DNA from: Candidatus Latescibacterota bacterium
GTDB taxonomy: Bacteria; Latescibacterota; UBA2968; GCA-2709665
Assembly (NCBI GenBank): GCA_965226795.1
Contig: CBDDDZ010000005.1
Span: 1,248,001-1,312,000, forward strand
Reading direction: 5' to 3'
DNA length: 64,000 nucleotides
Numbering within the stretch: position 1 is the stretch's first letter; every line of letters starts with the position of its first letter. The notes under the pieces were generated by a model. It was not told the origin of the DNA and ran no database searches. It was given only the letters and a program-made list of their open reading frames with translations. Shown piece after piece: positions 18,744 to 28,502 of this stretch. Made by a program: the position numbers and the translations under genes.

Positions 18744-21324
18744 ATGTCCGTGGCCGTGATAATCTTCTGCTTCTCGCTCGTCCTGTTCCCCCTGGCTTTG
18801 CTTTCCCAGGCGGTTCTACGACCCAATATCGTGTTGTTGCTCTCCGACGACATGGGCTGGGCGCAGCCCGGCTTCAACGGCGGCACGGAGGTGGCAACGC
18901 CCAACATGGACCGCATCGCCAACGAGAGGGTCAAGCTCACGCAGTTTTACGTCCAGCCCGTGTGTACGGCGACCCGCGGCTGTCTGCTCACCGGCCGCTA
19001 TGCCTGGAAGAACGGCACGGAGGTGCGCGTGGGCCTCAGGGACAGCCAGGGCATGCTGACCGACGAGCGCGCGATCGCCGACGCCTTGCGCGATGCCGGC
19101 TACGCGACCTGGATCGTCGGCAAGTGGCACCTTGGGCAATGGCAACGGAAGCACCTGCCCCTGCAGCGCGGATTCGATCATCACTACGGGCACTATTCGG
19201 GGGAAATCGACGCGGCATTCTGGATTGGCATCGAAACGGGCGTCCAGTGGTCGAGTCCGGCTATTCGACCTTTCTCCTGGCCGACGAGGCGGTCGCGCTG
19301 AGCGAGCGCCACGACGGCAGTCGTCCGTTTTTTCTCTACCTGCCGTTCAATGCCGTACACAACCCGAATGACGCGCCGGACGAGTACATCGAACCCTACG
19401 CCCACCTGGATTACCCCAAGCAGCTCGGGCAGTTCAAGGCCATGGATGTGGCAATCGGCCGGGTTATGGACGCCCTCGAGCGCAAGGGCGTACTCGACGA
19501 TACCCTGATCTTGTTCCTGAACGACAACGGGGGCACGCAAGAGGCGGGATGGAATCCTCCTTATCGGGGGAAGAAGTCGGGATTCTACGAGGGAGGAATT
19601 CGGGTTCCTGCCGTGCTTCGGTGGCCGGGTCAAATCCCGGCGGGGTCGGAGAGCGATGCGCCGCTCCACGTGGTGGATCTGTTCCCCACCTTCGCCGGTC
19701 TGGCCGGAGCGGACACCGGGGGCGGCCTGCCGCTCGATGGACTGGATGCCTGGGAGGGGCCCATCGCCGGGGGTGCCGAAAGTCCGCGCAACGAGGTCGT
19801 GTATGCGCACGGCGTGATTCGCGCGCGATGGGGAAACGCGGGAGGAAATCCCTGACCACCCGCCGGTTATCTTCGGAGCGGAGGAAAATGAGAAGTTCGG
19901 CACCGAGGCCAGAAGGGCCGTGACGCAACTACGCCAAGGCAATCCGGGACCGGCGCTCCTTCGGATGGAGGCTTCCGGGGCCAGCGTCAAGCTGGTGTAC
20001 AGTGAGACGCTGGACGCCGATTCCGTGCCGCCCATCCACGCGTTTGCGGTCGTCCTGAACCCGGGATACAGGTCGGCCGAGTTGGCCGGCGTGGCGGTGA
20101 GGGGGAGCGAAGTCGCGTTGACGCTCGCTCAGGCGGCAACCGGCGACACGCTGGGTCTGACCTACGAGGTGCCGGACACGGGTGCGATCCGGGATGCGGA
20201 CAGGCTTGAGGCGGTAGGCCTCACCTGGGCGACGGCCGCGATTGAAGTCACCCCGCCACCGCCGCACCCCCCGCCCCCTGATGCCCCCGTTATGAGTGAG
20301 GCATTGGCGACCAGCGTAACGGTGAGTTGGATAGTTCCAGACAATGACGGGCCGCCTATCACAAGCTACGACCTGCGGTACCGACAGGGCACCACGGGGC
20401 AGTTTACTGACGGCCCGCAGGACGTGACGGAGACCAGCGCCATAATTGAGGGTCTGGACCCCGACACCCAATACGAGGTACAGGTGCGGTCGAACAGTAC
20501 AGCCGGCGACAGCCGGTGGATCACCCTGGGTTCGGACCGAACCAATGTATTGGTACTGTATGACCGTTTTTGCCTTTCTCTGGATCTGGATAGTACCGAA
20601 AAAGATCAATACGTGTCGTCCTTTGCTGTTTCACCCGGCGGCGCCGTTCCTATTCAGGTCTTCGGCTCGGATTTTCGGAATGCGCGCGGGCTTACCTTGC
20701 GCGTGGGATATGATTTGACCCAGGTTGTGTTATCCGGGTTTGACGTGGCCGAAGCCCTGCCACGCGCCCACGCGCTGGTGAAGCAGGATTCAACATTTGT
20801 GGAGATCGGCATTGCGTCCCAGGGCGGACGGGCTACGATCGACAGCGGTCTGGTGGGTACGATACGCTTCAGGACGACGGACGCGTTTTCAGAGACGGAG
20901 ATACGGCTGGCGGGCGCAGACCTCGTCAGGGACGGACCCCTCGAGGCGATGGCGCGTTCTGTAATCGTTGCCCTGCAGGCAGCCGCGCCGCCCTCTCCTG
21001 ATTTCGATGGGAACGGGCTGGTTGCGTTTGCCGACTTCGTGGTGTTCGCAGGCGTGTTCGGGTATGGGGAGGGCGATGAGAAGTATGAGGCAAAATATGA
21101 TCTGAATGGCGACGGCGGGGTCGGGTTTGACGATTTCGTTGTCTTTGCCAGGAGCTTCGGCAACGCGATTAACCGCCCGCCTGTGTTCCCCTCTACGTCT
21201 CCGGTGATGCGCGAGGTGGGCCGAGGGCGCACCTTCTGGAGAGCCGGTAGGGGATCGCGTCAGCCTTGTGGTGAGCATCACGATCACGGAAATTGCAGAT
21301 GCTTACCGTCCCCTGGATCCTTGA
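18744..21324 (+). pseudogene. Secreted modular arylsulfatase (formylglycine family) fused to SwmB-like, FN3, cohesin-like, double EF-hand/dockerin-like and truncated cadherin domains; several frameshifts and deletions
   Basis: RPNIVLLLSDDMG, CTATRGCLLTGR, GKWHLG, LNDNGG and YEGGIRVP. FN3 'VSWIVPDNDGPPITSYDLRY..GLDPDTQYEVQV'. Then DFDGNGLVAFADF..YDLNGDGGVGFDDF and NRPPVF..REV. Confidence 0.8.
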
Positions 21325-21850
21325 AGGTAAACGATTCGGCGCCCCCGGAGCGGTTGGCCGAAGGCTCAAACAAACACAATCAAGGCTTTAGTGTGGGAGG
21401 AGTCGGAGACATGAATGTGCGAAAACTGATCAAAGAGGAGAAGCTTGCTTTCTTAAAGGCGATCCAAGAGGACATATACCCCCGAGCCAGGTTGAGAGAC
21501 ATACCTTCGTGGAGGGCAGAACACAATGGTGTCGTGGGATACGGATTCACGCGAGAGTGCGCTGAATCGGATTGCCGGTCGCAATCGTAATTGCTCCCGA
21601 TACAAGCCCGTAACGTCTATTCCCCATTTTCTATTCAGAATCCGATGAACTGTCGTATCGGGGATGCGGCCGGGGCTGAGAACTTCGGGTTTCCTGCCTG
21701 TAACGTTCACGAGGGTGGAGGGGCGTGGAACGCTGGCGCGACTGCTGAACGTCGGCGTTCCAGGACCATTTGGTACTCCGCAGACACTCCTAATAACAAG
21801 GCCCTGCTGACGTCGACGTCGGCAAGGCCGTTTCGTTTGGCATGGTGAAC

Positions 21851-21926
21851 TGGTGACCCCGAGGGGAGTCGAACCCCCGTTTCCAGGGTGAGAACCTGGT
21901 GTCCTAGGCCACTGAACGACGGGGTC
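21851..21926 (-). tRNA. tRNA-Glu (anticodon CTC)
   Basis: Reverse strand GACCCCG...CCAGG-TTCTCAC-CCTGG...GGTTCGACTCC...CGGGGTC-ACCA. 76 nt cloverleaf with encoded CCA. Confidence 0.97.
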
Positions 21927-21945
21927 ACCCGGTTAAAGCGGGGGA

Positions 21946-21974
21946 AATGTACCAAAAACAACCGAGTGTGTCAA
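21946..21974 (-). promoter_or_regulatory. Sigma-70 promoter of tRNA-Glu
   Basis: TTGACA-N17-TACATT with extended -10 TG. Confidence 0.75.
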
Positions 21975-22035
21975 GTGAATTAAGAATAAAGGAGTTAGGC
22001 GCCTTCTTGACCCCCTGGTGTCGGCTGCCCGTCCT

Positions 22036-22410
22036 TCAATCCCGTGGCGGAACGGCGCACAGAAAGCTGAAGGGTTCTTCGCCCGTATTCTCGAACTGGT
22101 GTTGTTCGTTCGGGGGAATGTACACAATATCGCCAGGGCCGATTTCGAAGACCTCCCAGCCCATCAGCAGGCGGGAGGTGCCCCTGAGGACGTACACGCC
22201 GTGGTCGTGATCGTGGCGGTCGAAGGAGGTCTGCCCGCCGGGGGCGATTTCATAAAATCGCAGTCCGAAATTGACGGCGCCGTCTTTCTTGCCGATCACA
22301 ACCTGTTTCGTGCCCCCCACGGCCCCGCCTTGGTCGTAGGATTCGACGCCAACGCCTTCCCACGTGTAGTTGTTGCCGTGTTCGCCTGTAAAACGGTATA
22401 GAACGCCCAT
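22036..22410 (-). CDS. Cupin domain protein
   Basis: FEIAPGG-like strand followed by HDHDHGVYVLRG..IGPGDIVYIPPNEQHQF cupin motifs. Confidence 0.85.
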   Translation of the reverse strand: MGVLYRFTGEHGNNYTWEGVGVESYDQGGAVGGTKQVVIGKKDGAVNFGLRFYEIAPGGQTSFDRHDHDHGVYVLRGTSRLLMGWEVFEIGPGDIVYIPPNEQHQFENTGEEPFSFLCAVPPRD

Positions 22411-22513
22411 GGGTATCCCTGGGGGAATCCGAACCCTTGCAATGCATCCGGATCGGTTTGAGGTCGGAGAACCGGGTATAGCTGCAACTCTGACGATTAG
22501 GGCGGCAGCGCGG

Positions 22514-23557
22514 TTACATGAAATTCCTTACGCCGCTTCCGTGGAGTTCGGAAATGCGGGCGGCGGTTTCCGCGTCGAAGCCCACCTGGATCAGTTCACG
22601 TATACGTTTGTTGTGCATCGTACTGTAAAGGTCGCGTACCAGGTCGCGGCCCTTTTCGAGCTGTTCCGGTGAGGATCCGCCGCCGGCGAGGGTCATCATC
22701 GCGTTCAGCACAAAGGGGTTGGCTCCCGAAACCTGCTGCAGAAAGGCGGTGCGTTTTTCCGCGGCGCCGGCGAGCCGGTTGATGACTTCGGGGTGATGCT
22801 GAACGTGGTAACCGATGTGGGAAAGACCATAGCCGACGTGCCGGCCCTCGTCTTGGCGGGTGAGTTTGAAGACCCGCGCGGTGACGGGGTCCGGAGACAC
22901 TTCCTCCAGAAACCTGAGCAGTTCCATGAATGTGCCTTCGCCCAGCACGTGGAGGAGGAAGGAGGCGTCCGTGAAGTCTTCCTGGGCGAGCAGGCTCTGA
23001 AGGGACCATTCCGTGGCGGAGGAAACGTATTGCAGGCCGCCGCCGTTGGCCAGCGCCCGCTTGGTGAAGACTTCAACGTGCCTGGCCTCGTCCATAACCT
23101 GGCTGGATAGAAACAGGATGACTTCGGAAAAACACGGGTCGATGCGGCCGATAAACTTGGCGGGAAGGTACAGCGCCAGGTATTCGTTCTGGATCATGAA
23201 GGTGCAGATTTGGCAAACCGCGCGTTCCAGGTCTTCGGGAAGTTCGGACAGATCGTGCCAGGGGATATCCGTCGTGGCGTTCCACTGGCCCTGTTTGGCC
23301 TGTTCTACCAGGTCGGCGATATTCTCCGCCCAGACCTCGGTTTTTTGGACAATCCCGAAGTCGAAGTCGGGGGTTTTGGGGTCCACGACCGAACCGCGCT
23401 GTGCCAAACCATGGTTTCGAGGCGCGCGGTCCGGGCCGCTGCCGGGTTTGCCGACAAGACAGTCGGGAAGGAGAATTCCCCGTCCGTCGCGCGGCGGTAC
23501 CCTGATGCCCCAGTCGGGATCGCCCCAGGAGGATGTATCGGGATGATTGGGATCCAT
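22514..23557 (-). CDS. Ferritin-like (di-iron carboxylate) domain protein
   Basis: E...DEARH...E...DEGRH two-fold ExxH pattern. Confidence 0.8.
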   Translation of the reverse strand: MDPNHPDTSSWGDPDWGIRVPPRDGRGILLPDCLVGKPGSGPDRAPRNHGLAQRGSVVDPKTPDFDFGIVQKTEVWAENIADLVEQAKQGQWNATTDIPWHDLSELPEDLERAVCQICTFMIQNEYLALYLPAKFIGRIDPCFSEVILFLSSQVMDEARHVEVFTKRALANGGGLQYVSSATEWSLQSLLAQEDFTDASFLLHVLGEGTFMELLRFLEEVSPDPVTARVFKLTRQDEGRHVGYGLSHIGYHVQHHPEVINRLAGAAEKRTAFLQQVSGANPFVLNAMMTLAGGGSSPEQLEKGRDLVRDLYSTMHNKRIRELIQVGFDAETAARISELHGSGVRNFM

Positions 23558-23599
23558 GATAGGCTACTCCTCTGTGATCCGGCGAGACCGCACCTTCCG

Positions 23600-24766
23600 T
23601 TATTGCCCGCTATTGAGAACAAGCTTGACGAAGTCGCCGAAGTCGGTTGTCTCGTAGGTTCTGAAGGAGGTCAGCATGGATGGCGTCCATTCGTCGTGCC
23701 AGATCCAGGCGGTCCATCCGATATTGCGGGTCTGGCAGAAGTCTATCAGGGGCCGGCCATAGTCCTGTCTGATTCTTCCGGGGTCTTCCGAATGACCGTA
23801 CCCCCATTCGCCCAGGAAGACCGCGTCGGTCTTATCAAGGTCCTCAAGAACGTCCTTCCACGCTTCGCCTTTCCAGGGATAGGGATGGGTCTCGTACACG
23901 ACGTTGGGTCGGTCCACCGGGTCGTCGAGGGCGCCGCTCAGGTCGTACCCCCAGTCGGTGCCGGAAACCAGGACGAGCGCCCGGGGATCGACGGCGTGGA
24001 TGACGTCCACCAGCGATTCGGCTATAGGGCGCCATTCGTTCCAGGTGATAAACGCTGGTTCGTTGAACGTGCCGTATATGACGTGGGGCCGGTCGCTGTA
24101 TCTTCGGGCGATTTCGTCCAGAGCCTCAATTGCAAGGAACAGATCGGGGTTGTACGGACTACCCCGCCAGGGGTGCCGGTATCCCCATTCGGGGCGTTCG
24201 GTCTGCCCGGTGATCGGGTTCCCGTGCGCGTGCCAGCCGAGAAAGACGTAAATGCCGCGCTGGTGCCCCCAGGCGACGATCGGATCGACGAACCTGGGCA
24301 GGTAGTCCCGATCCCGTTGCCAGAGGTCGGGATGAATGGGAACCCGGATGACATCCACGTTCCATTCTTCGGCCAGGATGTCGAGTGCGTCCGTTGCCCG
24401 ACGGGTGGCGGCACCCAGAAAGTACGGATCGATCACGGCCACGCCGCGCAGGACGACGTCAACACGCTGACCGAACGCGTCCGCGAAGGCCAGAAAGTCG
24501 GCGAAATCGACGCTGCCGCTGCTGTCGAGGTCGTAACCGACACTGGACGAGCCGTAGGCGTCCGCAAACAGAAGAAAGTCCGACAGGTCCACGTGCCCGT
24601 GGCCGTCGAAATCCGCGGCCGCGGCGTTTACGCTGATGATTCTGTTCCCTTCAACCCGCAGTCTCGACGGGTTTTCGCCCGCACCGGCCAGGGCCGGCGA
24701 GAGGGATAGAGCGAGGATCAGTATGGTAAGGACATAACTTCTGAATTTCCAGACGGGCATGGACAT
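23600..24766 (-). CDS. Secreted glycoside hydrolase family 5 with an inserted double EF-hand/dockerin-like module
   Basis: Signal peptide, LRVEGNRI..VVLRGV, VIRVP, catalytic NEP and GEWG, YETHPY, GWTAWIW. Confidence 0.9.
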   Translation of the reverse strand: MSMPVWKFRSYVLTILILALSLSPALAGAGENPSRLRVEGNRIISVNAAAADFDGHGHVDLSDFLLFADAYGSSSVGYDLDSSGSVDFADFLAFADAFGQRVDVVLRGVAVIDPYFLGAATRRATDALDILAEEWNVDVIRVPIHPDLWQRDRDYLPRFVDPIVAWGHQRGIYVFLGWHAHGNPITGQTERPEWGYRHPWRGSPYNPDLFLAIEALDEIARRYSDRPHVIYGTFNEPAFITWNEWRPIAESLVDVIHAVDPRALVLVSGTDWGYDLSGALDDPVDRPNVVYETHPYPWKGEAWKDVLEDLDKTDAVFLGEWGYGHSEDPGRIRQDYGRPLIDFCQTRNIGWTAWIWHDEWTPSMLTSFRTYETTDFGDFVKLVLNSGQ

Positions 24767-24789
24767 CCCGGAACGTGAATTTACTGCAA

Positions 24790-24908
24790 TGTCATGCTGA
24801 GGAAGCCGTCAAGATGACGAAGAATCCGTCCGATTTCGTTACCGAGGGTCTCTTGCCACACTTACAACGGGATGGACGGGAGATTCTTCGACTACGCTCA
24901 GAATGACA
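24790..24908. repeat. REP/MITE-like inverted-repeat element
   Basis: TGTCATGCTGAG..CGAAGAATC pairs with GATTCTTCG..CTCAGAATGACA, in an intergenic position. Confidence 0.7.
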
Positions 24909-25071
24909 GGGCGGCCGATCGTCAGAACTATGAGATCCTTTCTGCGAAAGATAGGGATAAACCCCCTGTCCAGCAAGGCCGAATGGGAATCCGTGTGGCT
25001 GAACCGATGTCGGCGTGGCGAGGTCGCCAGACACGAACGCGCGGCTACGGCGCCAGGTTTCAGGAATTCGC

Positions 25072-25100
25072 TTGTAAGCCCTGCCGACCGGGGTTATATT
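25072..25100 (+). promoter_or_regulatory. Sigma-70 promoter of the ABC transporter operon
   Basis: TTGTAA-N17-TATATT about 80 bp upstream of the first permease. Confidence 0.55.
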
Positions 25101-25178
25101 GCAATCTTTTGAGCGGCTCCGCGCTGAGATACGGCCTCCGGAACACCGTGTGATCGTGAACTTTCTGGAGAAACCGGA

Positions 25179-26165
25179 ATGTTGAAATATGTCGCGTGGC
25201 GAATCCTGATGATGATCCCCACGCTCTTCGCCATTTCAATCGTGTCGTTTCTGATTATCCAGCTTCCGCCCGGAGACTTCCTCACCTCGTACCTGGCGCA
25301 ACTCACCTCGATGGGCGAAACGGTGAGTGAAGAGGTCATCGAGGCGCTGAGGGCGCGGTACGGGCTGGGCAGTCCGGTCTACGTACAGTACTGGACGTGG
25401 ATCACGGGAATCGTCACACAGGGAGATTTCGGGATGTCCCTGCTGTGGGGGCGGCCGGTGAGCGATCTGCTGTGGGATCGGGTCAGCCTTACCGTGATGG
25501 TAAGCGCGAGTTCGGTGCTCTTCATATGGGTGGTCGCGATTCCCATAGGCATCTATTCCGCGGTGCGGCAGTATTCAATCGGCGACTATATTTTCACGTT
25601 TCTGGGATTCCTGGGACTTGCGACGCCTCCATTCATGCTCGCACTGATTGCGCTATGGATTGTCTTTGTGTCCACCGGAAGCGTGCTGATCGGGCTCTCT
25701 TCTCCGGAGTTCATCGATGCACCATGGTCAATCGCAAAGGCACTGGATCTGCTCGCCCACCTGTGGATTCCTATGGTGATCCTGGGAACGGCGGGGACGG
25801 CGGGGACGATCCGCGTGATCCGGGCTCAGATGCTGGATGAATTGCACAAACCGTATGTCGTGACCGCGCGGGCGAAAGGGGTGTCGGAATTGAAGCTTCT
25901 TTTCAAGTATCCCGTGCGGATTGCCCTGAATCCCTTCTTCAGTACCCTGGGCTGGTTGCTTCCCAGGCTGATCGCGGGAGAGATCCTGGTGTCCATCGTA
26001 TTGAATCTGCCCACCACGGGTCCGCTCCTGTTGGGGGCCCTCACCAACCAGGACATGTACCTGGCCGGAAGTTTTATGCTGATCCTGAGCACGTTGACGG
26101 TGATCGGGACGCTGATCTCGGATATTCTGCTCGCCTGGGTCGATCCGAGAATACGCTACTCGTAG
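25179..26165 (+). CDS. ABC transporter permease, DppB/OppB family
   Basis: LPPGD, GDFGMS, YVVTARAKG (EAA loop), DILLAWVDPRI. Confidence 0.93.
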   Translation: MLKYVAWRILMMIPTLFAISIVSFLIIQLPPGDFLTSYLAQLTSMGETVSEEVIEALRARYGLGSPVYVQYWTWITGIVTQGDFGMSLLWGRPVSDLLWDRVSLTVMVSASSVLFIWVVAIPIGIYSAVRQYSIGDYIFTFLGFLGLATPPFMLALIALWIVFVSTGSVLIGLSSPEFIDAPWSIAKALDLLAHLWIPMVILGTAGTAGTIRVIRAQMLDELHKPYVVTARAKGVSELKLLFKYPVRIALNPFFSTLGWLLPRLIAGEILVSIVLNLPTTGPLLLGALTNQDMYLAGSFMLILSTLTVIGTLISDILLAWVDPRIRYS

Positions 26166-26255
26166 ATCTCCGGGGGTGCGCCGGGGAATGAACGGGAGTC
26201 GTTCGGGATTCCCATAGAACGGCATAACAATGGAAGCTCTGAGGGTCTGTCGCCA

Positions 26256-27443
26256 ATGATGAAGCCGTTGATGGATGTTTTTCGAAAGCTGCAGGCAGAC
26301 GGTGTCTTCGGGTATCGCAGACGCCCGCAGCCGGGGACGCCCGATGGCGGAACCGGTGCGCGGGTGCTCGTGGCTTCGCAATGGCGGCTGATGTGGTGGA
26401 AATTTCGCAAACACCAGCTGGCGAAGGTCGCGGGTGCGGTTCTGATTCTCTTTTATCTGGTGGCGGGATTCTGCGAGTTTGTGGCGCCGCATGATCCACA
26501 CCGACTGAATACGAAGTATATTCACGCGCCGCCTCAGACGGTTCGATTTATTGACGTCGAGGGGGCGTTTCATTTGAGGCCCTTCGTGTACCGGCACATC
26601 CAGCACCGGGATCCGGTCACGCTCCGCCTTTCCTACCTCGAAGACCGCTCCCGGCGCTTCCACATCCGGCTCTTTGTCGCCGGGGATCCATACACGTTGT
26701 GGGGGTGGGTCCCCATGCAACGCCATCTCCTCGGACTCGAGAACGGAGAACCCCTGTTCCTTCTGGGCGCGGATCGGATGGGCCGGGATCTGCTGTCCCG
26801 AACCGCCTACGGGGCTCGGATCTCACTGTCGATCGGATTGATCGGCATCGCCATCAGTTTCGTGCTCGGGGTGATTCTGGGCGGAATTTCCGGCTATTTC
26901 GGCGGGCGGATCGACGACGTGATCCAGCGACTGATCGAGTTCATCATGGGCATTCCGGGTTTGCCGCTCTGGATGACGCTCAGTGCGGCGCTGCCCCCGG
27001 ACTGGCCGATCATTCGGGTTTACTTCGGCATTACGATCATTCTGGCCTTTGTTGGCTGGACCGGACTGGCCCGTGTCGTGAGGGGGCGTTTTCTGGCTCT
27101 CAGGGAAGAGGATTTCGTGATGGCGGCACGCCTGGGGGGCGCCAGCGAGAGCCGGATTATTGCCAAGCATATGGTGCCTTCGTTTCTGAGTTACATTATC
27201 GCCGCGCTCACGCTGGCGGTTCCGCAGATGATTCTGGGGGAGACGGCGCTGAGCTTCATCGGGCTGGGGTTGCGCTCGCCGGCAATCAGCTGGGGGGTAC
27301 TGTTGCAGGATGCGATGAATATCCGCGCCGTGGCGCATTTTCCGTGGCTGCTTCTGCCGGGCCTGTTTGTCATCGTAGTGGTACTGGCATTCAATTTTCT
27401 GGGTGACGGGCTGAGAGACGCGGCCGATCCATATACCAGGTAG
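26256..27443 (+). CDS. ABC transporter permease, DppC/OppC family
   Basis: LGADRMGRDLLSR, FVMAARLGGAS, FNFLGDGLRDAADP. Start codon uncertain. Confidence 0.92.
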   Translation: MMKPLMDVFRKLQADGVFGYRRRPQPGTPDGGTGARVLVASQWRLMWWKFRKHQLAKVAGAVLILFYLVAGFCEFVAPHDPHRLNTKYIHAPPQTVRFIDVEGAFHLRPFVYRHIQHRDPVTLRLSYLEDRSRRFHIRLFVAGDPYTLWGWVPMQRHLLGLENGEPLFLLGADRMGRDLLSRTAYGARISLSIGLIGIAISFVLGVILGGISGYFGGRIDDVIQRLIEFIMGIPGLPLWMTLSAALPPDWPIIRVYFGITIILAFVGWTGLARVVRGRFLALREEDFVMAARLGGASESRIIAKHMVPSFLSYIIAALTLAVPQMILGETALSFIGLGLRSPAISWGVLLQDAMNIRAVAHFPWLLLPGLFVIVVVLAFNFLGDGLRDAADPYTR

Positions 27444-27452
27444 GGGAGAACC

Positions 27453-28454
27453 ATGGATCCATCGGTGTTGCTCGAAGTCCGTGATCTACGCGCCTATTTT
27501 TTCTCCGATGAGGGTACGGTGCGGGCCGTGGACGGGGTGGATTTTCAGATTATGAAGGGGGAGACGCTGGGGGTGGTGGGCGAGAGCGGCTGTGGCAAGA
27601 GCGTGATGGCCCAATCCATTCTCCAGATTCTGCCCAAAAACGGTCGCATTGTCCAGGGCGAGGTGCTGCTGCGCACCAACGGAAAGGTTGTCGATCTGGC
27701 CGGGTTGAAGCGGAACGGCAGGGAGATCAGAAGTATCCGGGGCAAGGAGATTGCCATGATGTTCCAGGAGCCGATGACGTGTCTGAGTCCGGTCCATACC
27801 ATAGGGAATCAGATCGAAGAGGCCATCCGGCTGCATCGGCGTGCGGATCGGAAGGAGGCCAGGGTAATCGCCATAGATATGTTGTGGAAATGCGGCATCC
27901 CCGAACCGGAGCGGCGGGTAGATGCCTATCCGCACCAGTTGAGCGGGGGCATGCGTCAGCGGGCGATGATTGCGATGAGTCTGTCCTGCCGGCCCCGTCT
28001 GCTGATTGCCGACGAGCCCACAACGGCGCTGGACGTGACTACCCAGGCACAGATTCTGGATCTGCTGAAGGCATTACAGGAGGAAATCCATACCTCCATA
28101 ATGATGATCACCCACAACCTGGGAGTCGTGGCGGAACTGGCCGACCACGCGATGGTGATGTACCTTGGTAAGGTCGTGGAATTCGCGAACTGCGAGACCA
28201 TCTTTAACGATCCCAAACATCCGTATACCCGCGCCTTGCTGAAATCCATTCCCCGGCTGGGACGCAAGGCGAAAGAGGGCTTGCTATCCATCGAGGGATC
28301 GGTTCCGAATCCGTACGAGTTGCCCACGGGCTGCAAGTTCCATCCGCGATGTCCGGACCGGATAGACGGCGTCTGCGACCGGTACGAGCCGGAGTTGAAA
28401 ACCATCGGTTCGGGACACGGCGTGAGTTGTTTCCTGTATTCCGACCCGTCCTGA
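27453..28454 (+). CDS. ABC transporter ATP-binding protein, DppD/OppD family
   Basis: [31 protein letters not shown]-terminal Cys motif. Confidence 0.95.
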   Translation: MDPSVLLEVRDLRAYFFSDEGTVRAVDGVDFQIMKGETLGVVGESGCGKSVMAQSILQILPKNGRIVQGEVLLRTNGKVVDLAGLKRNGREIRSIRGKEIAMMFQEPMTCLSPVHTIGNQIEEAIRLHRRADRKEARVIAIDMLWKCGIPEPERRVDAYPHQLSGGMRQRAMIAMSLSCRPRLLIADEPTTALDVTTQAQILDLLKALQEEIHTSIMMITHNLGVVAELADHAMVMYLGKVVEFANCETIFNDPKHPYTRALLKSIPRLGRKAKEGLLSIEGSVPNPYELPTGCKFHPRCPDRIDGVCDRYEPELKTIGSGHGVSCFLYSDPS

Positions 28455-28502
28455 CGCTTTCGCGTTCGGGTGGGTCCTTCGATATCGCGAAGTAGGTATA
28501 CA

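Noticed and set aside
21325..21850. C-terminal part of the 556 aa ORF, the small ORF at 21411 and a possible integrase/att site
   Set aside because: The ORF tail is read-through after a frameshift. The 59 aa ORF has an RBS but no recognisable motif. No integrase motif or duplicate of the tRNA 3' end was found by eye.
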